Assembly (NCBI GenBank): GCA_964016885.1
Contig: CAXHJY010000329.1
Coordinates: forward strand, 1-64,000
DNA: 64,000 nt
Direction: 5' to 3'
From: Eledone cirrhosa
Taxonomy: Eukaryota
The position numbers and the translations under genes are program-made. Numbering within the stretch: the stretch's first letter is position 1; the number at the start of each line of letters is the position of its first letter. The notes under the pieces were generated by a model, which was not told where the DNA came from, did not search any database, and saw nothing but the letters and a program-made list of their open reading frames with translations. This document shows positions 41,200 to 55,000 of the stretch, piece by piece.

Positions 41200-44100
41200 A
41201 ATGGGTGGAGCGTCAGACAACAGACTTATGGTTTATACGCCCTGATATTAGACAATAATATTGGCAGAATGGGTGGAGCGTCAGACAACAGAGTTATGGT
41301 TTATACGCCCTGTTATTAGACTATAGTATTGGCAGAATGGGTGGAGCGTCAGACAACAGAGTTATGGTTTATACGCCCTGTTATTAGACTATAATATTGG
41401 CAGAATGGGTGGAGCGTCAGACACCAGAGTTATGGTTTATACGTCCGGTTATTAGACTATAATATTGGCAGAATGGGTGGAGCGTCAGACACCAGAGTTA
41501 TGGTTTATACGCCCTGTTATTAGACTATAATATTGGCAGAATGGGTGGAGCGTCAGACACCAGAGTTATGGTTTACACGCCCTGTTATTAGACTATACTA
41601 TTGGCAGAATGGGTGGAGCATCAGACACCAGAGTTATGGTTTATACGCCCTGTTATTAGACTATAATATTGGCAGAATGGGTGGAGCATCAGACACCAGA
41701 GTTATGGTTTATACGCCCTGTTATTATACTATAATATTGGCAGAATGGGTGGAGCGTCAGACTCCAGAGTTATGGTTTATACGCCCTGTTATTAGACTAT
41801 AATATTGGCAGAATGGGTGGAGCGTCAGACACCAGATTTATGGTTTATACGCCCTGTTATTAGACTATAATATTGGCAGAATGGGTGGAGCGTCAGACAC
41901 CAGAGTTATGGTTTATGCGCCCTGTTATTAGACTATAATATTGGCAGAATGGGTGGAGCGTCAGACACCAGAGTTATGGTTTATACGCCCTGTTATTAGA
42001 CTATAATATTGGCAGAATGGGTGGAGCGTCAGACAACAGAGTTATGGTTTATACGCCCTGTTATTAGACTATAATATTGGCAGAATGGGTGGAGCGTCAG
42101 ACAACAGACTTATGGTTTATACGCCCTGTTATTAGACTATAATATTGGCAGAATGGGTGGAGCAGCAGACAACAGAGATATGGTTTATACGCCCTGTTAT
42201 TAGACTATAATATTGGCAGAATCTGTGGAGCGTCAGACAATAGAGTTATGGTTTATACGCCCTGTTATTAGACTATAATATTGGCAGAATGGGTTGAGCG
42301 TCAGACAACAGAGTTATGGTTTATACGCCCTGTTATTAGACTATAATATTGGCAGCATGGGTGAAGCGTCAGACAACAGAGTTATGGTTTATACGCCCTG
42401 TTATTAGACTATAATATTGGCAGAATGTGTGGAGCGTCAGACAACAGAGTTATGGTTTATACGCCCTGTTATTAGACTATAATATTGGCAGACTGGGTGG
42501 AGCGTCAGACAACAGAGTTATGGTTTATACGCCCTGTTATTAGACTATAATATTGGCAGAATGGGTGGAGCGTCAGACAACAGAGTTATGGTTTATACGC
42601 CCTGTTATTAGACTATCATATTGGCAGAATGGATGGAGCGTCAGACAACAGAGTTATGGTTTATACGCCCTGTTATTAGACTATAATATTGACAGAATGG
42701 GTGGAGCATCAGACACCAGAGTTATGGTTTATACGCCCTGTTATTAGACTATAATATTGGCAGAATGGGTGGAGCGTCAGACACCAGAGTTATGGTTTAT
42801 ACGCCCTGTTATTAGACTATAATATTGGCAGAATGGGTGGAGCATCAGACACCAGAGTTATGGTTTATACGCCCTGTTATTAGACTATAATATTGGCAGA
42901 ATGGGTGGAGCATCAGACACCAGAGTTATGGTTTATACGCCCTGTTATTAGACTATAATATTGGCAGAATGGGTGGAGCGTCAGACAACAGAGTTATGGT
43001 TTATACGCCCTGTTATTAGACTATAATATTGGCAGAATGGGTGGAGCGTCAGACAACAGAGTTATGGTTTATACGCCCTGTTATTAGACTATCATATTGG
43101 CAGAATGGGTGGAGCGTCAGACAACAGAGTTATGGTTTATACGCCCTGTTATTAGACTATAATATTGGCAGAATGGGTGGAGCGTCTGACACCAGAGTTA
43201 TGGTTTATACGCCCTGTTATTAGACTATAATATTGGCAGAATGGGTGGAGCGTCAGACAACAGAGTTATGGTTTATACGCCCTGTTATTAGACTATAATA
43301 TTGGCAGAATGGGTGGAGCGTCAGACAACAGAGTTATGGTTTATACGCCCTGTTATTAGACTATAATATTGGCAGAATGGGTGGAGCGTCAGACAACAGA
43401 GTTATGGTTTATACGCTCTGTTATGAGACTATAATATTGGCAGAATGGGTAGAGCGTCAGACACCAGAGTTATGGTTTATACGCCCTGTTATTAGACTAT
43501 AATATTGGCAGAATGGGTGGAGCGTCAGACAACAGAGTTATGGTTTATACGCCCTGTTATTAGACAATAATATTGGCAGAATGGGTGGAGCGTCAGACAA
43601 CAGAGTTATGGTTTATACGCCCTGTTATTAGACTATAGTATTGGCAGAATGGGTGGAGCGTCAGACAACAGAGTTATGGTTTATACGCCCTGTTATTAGA
43701 CTATAATATTGGCAGAATGGGTGGAGCGTCAGACACCAGAGTTATGGTTTATACGTCCGGTTATTAGACTATAATATTGGCAGAATGGGTGGAGCGTCAG
43801 ACACCAGAGTTATGGTTTATACGCCCTGTTATTAGACTATAATATTGGCAGAATGGGTGGAGCGTCAGACACCAGAGTTATGGTTTACACGCCCTGTTAT
43901 TAGACTATACTATTGGCAGAATGGGTGGAGCATCAGACACCAGAGTTATGGTTTATACGCCCTGTTATTAGACTATAATATTGGCAGAATGGGTGGAGCA
44001 TCAGACACCAGAGTTATGGTTTATACGCCCTGTTATTATACTATAATATTGGCAGAATGGGTGGAGCGTCAGACTCCAGAGTTATGGTTTATACGCCCTG

Positions 44101-46000
44101 TTATTAGACTATAATATTGGCAGAATGGGTGGAGCGTCAGACACCAGATTTATGGTTTATACGCGCTGTTATTAGACTATAATATTGGCAGAATGGGTGG
44201 AGCGTCAGACACCAGAGTTATGGTTTATGCGCCCTGTTATTAGACTATAATATTGGCAGAATGGGTGGAGCGTCAGACACCAGAGTTATGGTTTATACGC
44301 CCTGTTATTAGACTATAATATTGGCAGAATGGGTGGAGCGTCAGACAACAGAGTTATGGTTTATACGCCCTGTTATTAGACTATAATATTGGCAGAATGG
44401 GTGGAGCGTCAGACAACAGACTTATGGTTTATACGCCCTGTTATTAGACTATAATATTGGCAGAATGGGTGGAGCAGCAGACAACAGAGATATGGTTTAT
44501 ACGCCCTGTTATTAGACTATAATATTGGCAGAATCTGTGGAGCGTCAGACAATAGAGTTATGGTTTATACGCCCTGTTATTAGACTATAATATTGGCAGA
44601 ATGGGTTGAGCGTCAGACAACAGAGTTATGGTTTATACGCCCTGTTATTAGACTATAATATTGGCAGCATGGGTGAAGCGTCAGACAACAGAGTTATGGT
44701 TTATACGCCCTGTTATTAGACTATAATATTGGCAGAATGTGTGGAGCGTCAGACAACAGAGTTATGGTTTATACGCCCTGTTATTAGACTATAATATTGG
44801 CAGACTGGGTGGAGCGTCAGACAACAGAGTTATGGTTTATACGCCCTGTTATTAGACTATAATATTGGCAGAATGGGTGGAGCGTCAGACAACAGAGTTA
44901 TGGTTTATACGCCCTGTTATTAGACTATCATATTGGCAGAATGGGTGGAGCGTCAGACAACAGAGTTATGGTTTAAACGCCCTGTTATTAGACTATAATA
45001 TTGACAGAATGGGTGGAGCATCAGACACCAGAGTTATGGTTTATACGCCCTGTTATTAGACTATAATATTGGCAGAATGGGTGGAGCGTCAGACACCAGA
45101 GTTATGGTTTATACGCCCTGTTATTAGACTATAATATTGGCAGAATGGGTGGAGCATCAGACACCAGAGTTATGGTTTATACGCCCTGTTATTAGACTAT
45201 AATATTGGCAGAATGGGTGGAGCATCAGACACCAGAGTTATGGTTTATACGCCCTGTTATTAGACTATAATATTGGCAGAATGGGTGGAGCGTCAGACAA
45301 CAGAGTTATGGTTTATACGCCCTGTTATTAGACTATAATATTGGCAGAATGGGTGGAGCGTCAGACAACAGAGTTATGGTTTATACGCCCTGTTATTAGA
45401 CTATCATATTGGCAGAATGGGTGGAGCGTCAGACAACAGAGTTATGGTTTATACGCCCTGTTATTAGACTATAATATTGGCAGAATGGGTGGAGCGTCTG
45501 ACACGAGAGTTATGGTTTATACGCCCTGTTATTAGACTATAATATTGGCAGAATGGGTGGAGCGTCAGACAACAGAGTTATGGTTTATACGCCCTGTTAT
45601 TAGACTATAATATTGGCAGAATGGGTGGAGCGTCAGACAACAGAGTTATGGTTTATACGCCCTGTTATTAGACTATAATATTGGCAGAATGGGTGGAGCG
45701 TCAGACAACAGAGTTATGGTTTATACGCTCTGTTATGAGACTATAATATTGGCAGAATGGGTAGAGCGTCAGACACCAGAGTTATGGTTTATACGCCCTG
45801 TTATTAGACTATAATATTGGCAGAATGGGTGGAGCGTCAGACAACAGAGTTATGGTTTATACGCCCTGTTATTAGACAATAATATTGGCAGAATGGGTGG
45901 AGCGTCAGACAACAGAGTTATGGTTTATACGCCCTGTTATTAGACTATAGTATTGGCAGAATGGGTGGAGCGTCAGACAACAGAGTTATGGTTTATACGC
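41200..46000 (+). repeat. Tandem duplication of 34 monomers (2312 bp)
   Basis: ORF-track pairs 41533/43845, 42553/44865 and 43029/45341; marker TTATGAGAC+GGGTAGAG at ~43421 and ~45733. Confidence 0.9.
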
Positions 46001-46099
46001 CCTGTTATTAGACTATAATATTGGCAGAATGGGTGGAGCGTCAGACAACAGAGTTATGGTTTATACGCCCTGTTATTAGACTATAATATTGGCAGAATG

Positions 46100-49000
46100 G
46101 GTGGAGCGTCTGACAACAGAGTTATGGTTTATACGCCCTGTTATTAGACTATAATATTGGCAGAATGGGTGGAGCGTCAGACAACAGAGTTATGTTTTAT
46201 ACGCCCTGTTATTAGACTATAATATTGGCAGAATGGGTGGAGCGTCAGACAACAGAGTTATGGTTTATACGCCCTGTTATTAGACTATAATATTGGCAGA
46301 ATGGGTGGAGCGTCAGACAACAGAGTTATGGTTTATACGCTCTGTTATCAGACTATAATATTGGCAGAATGGGTGGAGCGTCAGACACCAGAGTTATGGT
46401 TTATACGCCCTGTAATTAGACTATAATATTGGCAGAATGGGGGGAGCGTCAGACAACAGAGTTATGGTTTATACGCCCTGTTATTAGACTATAATATTGG
46501 CAGAATGGGTGGAGCGTCAGACAACAGAGTTATGGTTTATACGCCCTGTTATTAGACTATAATATTGGCAGAATGGGTGGAGCGTCAGACACCAGAGTTA
46601 TGGTTTATACGCCCTGTTATTAGACTATAATATTGGCAGAATGGGTGGAGCGTCAGACAACAGAGTTATGGTTTATACGCCCTGTTATTAGACTATAATA
46701 TTGGCAGAATGGGTTGAGCGTCAGACAACAGAGTTATGGTTTATACGCCCTGTTATTAGACTATAATATTGGCAGCATGGGTGGAGCGTCACACAACAGA
46801 GTTATGGTTTATACGCCCTGTTATTAGACTATAATATTGGCAGACTGGGTGGAGCGTCAGACAACAGAGTTATGGTTTATACGCCCTGTTATTAGACTAT
46901 AATATTGGCAGAATGGGTGGACCGTCAGACAACAGAGTTATGGTTTATACGCCCTGTTATTAGACAATAATATTGGCAGAATGGGTGGAGCGTCAGACAA
47001 CAGAGTTATGGTTTATACGCCCTGTTATTAGACTATAATATTGGCAGAATGGGTGGAGCGTCAGACAATAGAGTTATGGTTTATACGCCCTGTTATTAGA
47101 CTATAATATTGGCAGAATGGGTGGGGCGTCAGACAACAGAGTTATAGTTTATACGCCCTGTTATTAGACTATAATATTGGCAGAATGGGTGGAGCGTCTG
47201 ACAACAGAGTTATGGTTTATACGCCCTGTTATTAGACTATAATATTGGCAGAATGGGCGGAGCAGCAGACAACAGAGATATGGTTTATACGCCCTGTTAT
47301 TAGACTATAATATTTGCAGAATCTGTGGAGCGTCAGACAATAGAGTTATGGTTTATACGCCCTGTTATTAGACTATAATATTGGCAGAATGGGTTGAGCG
47401 TCAGACAACAGAGTTATGGTTTATACGCCCTGTTATTAGACTATAATATTGGCAGCATGGGTGAAGCGTCAGACAACAGAGTTATGGTTTATACGCCCTG
47501 TTATTAGACTATAATATTGGCAGACTGGGTGGAGCGTCAGACAACAGAGTTATGGTTTATACGCCCTGTTATTAGACTATAATATTGGCAGAATGGGTGG
47601 AGCGTCAGACAACAGAGTTATGGTTTATACGCCCTGTTATTAGACAATAATATTGGCAGAATGGGTGGAGCGTCAGACAACAGAGTTATGGTTTATACGC
47701 CCTGTTATTAGACTATAATATTGGCAGAATGGGTGGAGCGTCAGACAATAGAGTTATGGTTTATACGCCCTGTTATTAGACTATAATATTGGCAGAATGG
47801 GTGGGGCGTCAGACAATAGAGTTATAGTTTATACGCCCTGTTATTAGACTATAATATTGGCAGAATGGGTGGAGCGTCTGACAACAGAGTTATGGTTTAT
47901 ACGCCCTGTTATTAGACTATAATATTGGCAGAATGGGTGGAGCGTCAGACAACAGACTTATGGTTTATACGCCCTGTTATTAGACTATAATATTGGCAGA
48001 ATGGGTGGAGCAGCAGACAACAGAGATATGGTTTATACGCCCTGTTATTAGACTATAATATTGGCAGAATCTGTGGAGCGTCAGACAATAGAGTTATGGT
48101 TTATACGCCCTGTTATTAGACTATAATATTGGCAGAATGGGTGGAGCGTCAGACACCAGAGTTATGGTTTATACGCCCTGTTATTAGACTATAATATTGG
48201 CAGAATGGGTGGAGCATCAGACACCAGAGTTATGGTTTATACGCCCTGTTATTAGACTATAATATGGGCAGAATGGGTGGAGCATCAGACACCAGAGTTA
48301 TGGTTTATACGCCCTGTTATTAGACTATAATATTGGCAGAATGGGTGGAGCGTCAGACAACAGAGTTATGGTTTATACGCCCTGTTATTAGACTATAATA
48401 TTGGCAGAATGGGTGGAGCGTCAGACAACAGAGTTATGGTTTATACGCCCTGTTATTAGACTATCATATTGGCAGAATGGGTGGAGCGTCAGACAACAGA
48501 GTTATGGTTTATACGCCCTGTTATTAGACTATAATATTGACAGAATGGGTGGAGCATCAGACACCAGAGTTATGGTTTATACGCCCTGTTATTAGACTAT
48601 AATATTGGCAGAATGGGTGGAGCGTCAGACACCAGAGTTATGGTTTATACGCCCTGTTATTAGACTATAATATTGGCAGAATGGGTGGAGCATCAGACAC
48701 CAGAGTTATGGTTTATACGCCCTGTTATTAGACTATAATATTGGCAGAATGGGTGGAGCATCAGACACCAGAGTTATGGTTTATACGCCCTGTTATTAGA
48801 CTATAATATTGGCAGAATGGGTGGAGTGTCAGACAACAGAGTTATGGTTTATACGCCCTGTTATTAGACTATAATATTGGCAGAATGGGTGGAGCGTCAG
48901 ACAACAGAGTTATGGTTTATACGCCCTGTTATTAGACTATCATATTGGCAGAATGGGTGGAGCGTCAGACAACAGAGTTATGGTTTATACGCCCTGTTAT

Positions 49001-52000
49001 TAGACTATAATATTGGCAGAATGGGTGGAACGTCTGACACCAGAGTTATGGTTTATACGCCCTGTTATTAGACTATAATATTGGCAGAATGGGTGGAGCG
49101 TCAGACAACAGAGTTATGGTTTATACGCCCTGTTATTAGACTATAATATTGGCAGAATGGGTGGAGCGTCAGACAACAGAGTTATGGTTTATACGCCCTG
49201 TTATTAGACTATAATATTGGCAGAATGGGTGGAGCGTCAGACAACAGACTTATGGTTTATACGCCCTGTTATTAGACTATAATATTGGCAGAATGGGTGG
49301 AGCAGCAGACAACAGAGATATGGTTTATACGCCCTGTTATTAGACTATAATATTGGCAGAATCTGTGGAGCGTCAGACACCAGAGTTATGGTTTACACGC
49401 CCTGTTATTAGACTATAATATTGGCAGAATGGGTGGAGCGTCAGACACCAGAGTTTTGGTTTATACGCCCTGTTATTAGACTATAATATTGGCAGAATGG
49501 GTGGAGCATCAGACACCAGAGTTATGGTTTATACGCCCTGTTATTAGACTATAATATTGGCAGAATGGGTGGAGCATCAGACACCAGAGTTATGGTTTAT
49601 ACGCCCTGTTATTAGACTATAATATTGGCAGAATGGGTGGAGCGTCAGACAACAGAGTTATGGTTTATACGCCCTGTTATTAGACTATAATATTGGCAGA
49701 ATGGGTGGAGCGTCAGACAACAAAGTTATGGTTTATACGCCCTGTTATTAGACTATCATATTGGCAGAATGGGTGAAGCGTCAGACAACAGAGTTATGGT
49801 TTATACGCCCTGTTATTAGACTATAATATTGACAGAATGGGTGGAGCATCAGACACCAGAGTTATGGTTTATACGCCCTGTTATTAGACTATAATATTGG
49901 CAGAATGGGTGGAGCGTCAGACACCAGAGTTATGGTTTATACGCCCTGTTATTAGACTATAATATTGGCAGAATGGGTGGAGCATCAGACACCAGAGTTA
50001 TGGTTTATACGCCCTGTTATTAGACTATAATATTGGCAGAATGGGTGGAGCATCAGACACCAGAGTTATGGTTTATACGCCCTGTTATTAGACTATCATA
50101 TTGGCAGAATGGGTGGAGCGTCAGACAACAGAGTTATGGTTTATACGCCCTGTTATTAGACTATAATATTGGCAGAATGGGTGGAGCGTCAGACACCAGA
50201 GTTATGGTTTATACGCCCTGTTATTAGACTATAATATTGGCAGAATGGGTGGAGGGTCAGACAACAGAGTTATGTTTTATACGCCCTGTTATTAGACTAT
50301 AATATTGGCAGAATGGGTGGAGCGTTAGACAACAGAGTTATGGTTTATACGCCCTGTTATTAGACTATAATATTGGCAGAATGGGTGGAGCGTCAGACAA
50401 CAGAGTTATGGTTTATACGCTCTGTTATCAGACTATAATATTGGCAGAATGGGTGGAGCGTCAGACACCAGAGTTATGGTTTATACGCCCTGTAATTAGA
50501 CTATAATATTGGCAGAATGGGGGGAGCGTCAGACAACAGAGTTATGGTTTATACGCCCTGTTATTAGACTATAATATTGGCAGAATGGGTGGAGCGTCAG
50601 ACAACAGAGTTATGGTTTATACGCCCTGTTATTAGACTATAATATTGGCAGAATGGGTGGAGCGTCAGACACCAGAGTTATGGTTTATACGCCCTGTTAT
50701 TAGACTATAATATTGGCAGAATGGGTGGAGCGTCAGACAACAGAGTTATGGTTTATACGCCCTGTTATTAGACTATAATATTGGCAGAATGGGTTGAGCG
50801 TCAGACAACAGAGTTATGGTTTATACGCCCTGTTATTAGACTATAATATTGGCAGAATGGGTGGAGCGTCAGACAATAGAGTTATGGTTTATACGCCCTG
50901 TTATTAGACTATAATATTGGCAGAATGGGTGGGGCGTCAGACAACAGAGTTATAGTTTATACGCCCTGTTATTAGACTATAATATTGGCAGAATGGGTGG
51001 AGCGTCTGACAACAGAGTTATGGTTTATACGCCCTGTTATTAGACTATAATATTGGCAGAATGGGCGGAGCAGCAGACAACAGAGATATGGTTTATACGC
51101 CCTGTTATTAGACTATAATATTGGCAGAATCTGTGGAGCGTCAGACAATAGAGTTATGGTTTATACGCCCTGTTATTAGACTATAATATTGGCAGAATGG
51201 GTTGAGCGTCAGACAACAGAGTTATGGTTTATACGCCCTGTTATTAGACTATAATATTGGCAGCATGGGTGAAGCGTCAGACAACAGAGTTATGGTTTAT
51301 ACGCCCTGTTATTAGACTATAATATTGGCAGACTGGGTGGAGCGTCAGACAACAGAGTTATGGTTTATACGCCCTGTTATTAGACTATAATATTGGCAGA
51401 ATGGGTGGAGCGTCAGACAACAGAGTTATGGTTTATACGCCCTGTTATTAGACAATAATATTGGCAGAATGGGTGGAGCGTCAGACAACAGAGTTATGGT
51501 TTATACGCCCTGTTATTAGACTATAATATTGGCAGAATCTGTGGAGCGTCAGACAATAGAGTTATGGTTTATACGCCCTGTTATTAGACTATAATATTGG
51601 CAGAATGGGTGGAGCGTCAGACACCAGAGTTATGGTTTATACGCCCTGTTATTAGACTATAATATTGGCAGAATGGGTGGAGCATCAGACACCAGAGTTA
51701 TGGTTTATACGCCCTGTTATTAGACTATAATATGGGCAGAATGGGTGGAGCATCAGACACCAGAGTTATGGTTTATACGCCCTGTTATTAGACTATAATA
51801 TTGGCAGAATGGGTGGAGCGTCAGACAACAGAGTTATGGTTTATACGCCCTGTTATTAGACTATAATATTGGCAGAATGGGTGGAGCGTCAGACAACAGA
51901 GTTATGGTTTATACGCCCTGTTATTAGACTATCATATTGGCAGAATGGGTGGAGCGTCAGACAACAGAGTTATGGTTTATACGCCCTGTTATTAGACTAT

Positions 52001-55000
52001 AATATTGACAGAATGGGTGGAGCATCAGACACCAGAGTTATGGTTTATACGCCCTGTTATTAGACTATAATATTGGCAGAATGGGTGGAGCGTCAGACAC
52101 CAGAGTTATGGTTTATACGCCCTGTTATTAGACTATAATATTGGCAGAATGGGTGGAGCATCAGACACCAGAGTTATGGTTTATACGCCCTGTTATTAGA
52201 CTATAATATTGGCAGAATGGGTGGAGCATCAGACACCAGAGTTATGGTTTATACGCCCTGTTATTAGACTATAATATTGGCAGAATGGGTGGAGTGTCAG
52301 ACAACAGAGTTATGGTTTATACGCCCTGTTATTAGACTATAATATTGGCAGAATGGGTGGAGCGTCAGACAACAGAGTTATGGTTTATACGCCCTGTTAT
52401 TAGACTATCATATTGGCAGAATGGGTGGAGCGTCAGACAACAGAGTTATGGTTTATACGCCCTGTTATTAGACTATAATATTGGCAGAATGGGTGGAACG
52501 TCTGACACCAGAGTTATGGTTTATACGCCCTGTTATTAGACTATAATATTGGCAGAATGGGTGGAGCGTCAGACAACAGAGTTATGGTTTATACGCCCTG
52601 TTATTAGACTATAATATTGGCAGAATGGGTGGAGCGTCAGACAACAGAGTTATGGTTTATACGCCCTGTTATTAGACTATAATATTGGCAGAATGGGTGG
52701 AGCGTCAGACAACAGACTTATGGTTTATACGCCCTGTTATTAGACTATAATATTGGCAGAATGGGTGGAGCAGCAGACAACAGAGATATGGTTTATACGC
52801 CCTGTTATTAGACTATAATATTGGCAGAATCTGTGGAGCGTCAGACACCAGAGTTATGGTTTACACGCCCTGTTATTAGACTATAATATTGGCAGAATGG
52901 GTGGAGCGTCAGACACCAGAGTTTTGGTTTATACGCCCTGTTATTAGACTATAATATTGGCAGAATGGGTGGAGCATCAGACACCAGAGTTATGGTTTAT
53001 ACGCCCTGTTATTAGACTATAATATTGGCAGAATGGGTGGAGCATCAGACACCAGAGTTATGGTTTATACGCCCTGTTATTAGACTATAATATTGGCAGA
53101 ATGGGTGGAGCGTCAGACAACAGAGTTATGGTTTATACGCCCTGTTATTAGACTATAATATTGGCAGAATGGGTGGAGCGTCAGACAACAAAGTTATGGT
53201 TTATACGCCCTGTTATTAGACTATCATATTGGCAGAATGGGTGAAGCGTCAGACAACAGAGTTATGGTTTATACGCCCTGTTATTAGACTATAATATTGA
53301 CAGAATGGGTGGAGCATCAGACACCAGAGTTATGGTTTATACGCCCTGTTATTAGACTATAATATTGGCAGAATGGGTGGAGCGTCAGACACCAGAGTTA
53401 TGGTTTATACGCCCTGTTATTAGACTATAATATTGGCAGAATGGGTGGAGCATCAGACACCAGAGTTATGGTTTATACGCCCTGTTATTAGACTATAATA
53501 TTGGCAGAATGGGTGGAGCATCAGACACCAGAGTTATGGTTTATACGCCCTGTTATTAGACTATCATATTGGCAGAATGGGTGGAGCGTCAGACAACAGA
53601 GTTATGGTTTATACGCCCTGTTATTAGACTATAATATTGGCAGAATGGGTGGAGCGTCAGACACCAGAGTTATGGTTTATACGCCCTGTTATTAGACTAT
53701 AATATTGGCAGAATGGGTGGAGGGTCAGACAACAGAGTTATGTTTTATACGCCCTGTTATTAGACTATAATATTGGCAGAATGGGTGGAGCGTTAGACAA
53801 CAGAGTTATGGTTTATACGCCCTGTTATTAGACTATAATATTGGCAGAATGGGTGGAGCGTCAGACAACAGAGTTATGGTTTATACGCTCTGTTATCAGA
53901 CTATAATATTGGCAGAATGGGTGGAGCGTCAGACACCAGAGTTATGGTTTATACGCCCTGTAATTAGACTATAATATTGGCAGAATGGGGGGAGCGTCAG
54001 ACAACAGAGTTATGGTTTATACGCCCTGTTATTAGACTATAATATTGGCAGAATGGGTGGAGCGTCAGACAACAGAGTTATGGTTTATACGCCCTGTTAT
54101 TAGACTATAATATTGGCAGAATGGGTGGAGCGTCAGACACCAGAGTTATGGTTTATACGCCCTGTTATTAGACTATAATATTGGCAGAATGGGTGGAGCG
54201 TCAGACAACAGAGTTATGGTTTATACGCCCTGTTATTAGACTATAATATTGGCAGAATGGGTTGAGCGTCAGACAACAGAGTTATGGTTTATACGCCCTG
54301 TTATTAGACTATAATATTGGCAGAATGGGTGGAGCGTCAGACAATAGAGTTATGGTTTATACGCCCTGTTATTAGACTATAATATTGGCAGAATGGGTGG
54401 GGCGTCAGACAACAGAGTTATAGTTTATACGCCCTGTTATTAGACTATAATATTGGCAGAATGGGTGGAGCGTCAGACAACAGACTTATGGTTTAATACG
54501 CCCTGTTATTAGACTATAATATTGGCAGAATGGGTGGAGCAGCAGACAACAGAGATATGGTTTATACGCCCTGTTATTAGACTATAATATTGGCAGAATC
54601 TGTGGAGCGTCAGACACCAGAGTTATGGTTTACACGCCCTGTTATTAGACTATAATATTGGCAGAATGGGTGGAGCGTCAGACACCAGAGTTTTGGTTTA
54701 TACGCCCTGTTATTAGACTATAATATTGGCAGAATGGGTGGAGCATCAGACACCAGAGTTATGGTTTATACGCCCTGTTATTAGACTATAATATTGGCAG
54801 AATGGGTGGAGCATCAGACACCAGAGTTATGGTTTATACGCCCTGTTATTAGACTATAATATTGGCAGAATGGGTGGAGCGTCAGACAACAGAGTTATGG
54901 TTTATACGCCCTGTTATTAGACTATAATATTGGCAGAATGGGTGGAGCGTCAGACAACAAAGTTATGGTTTATACGCCCTGTTATTAGACTATCATATTG

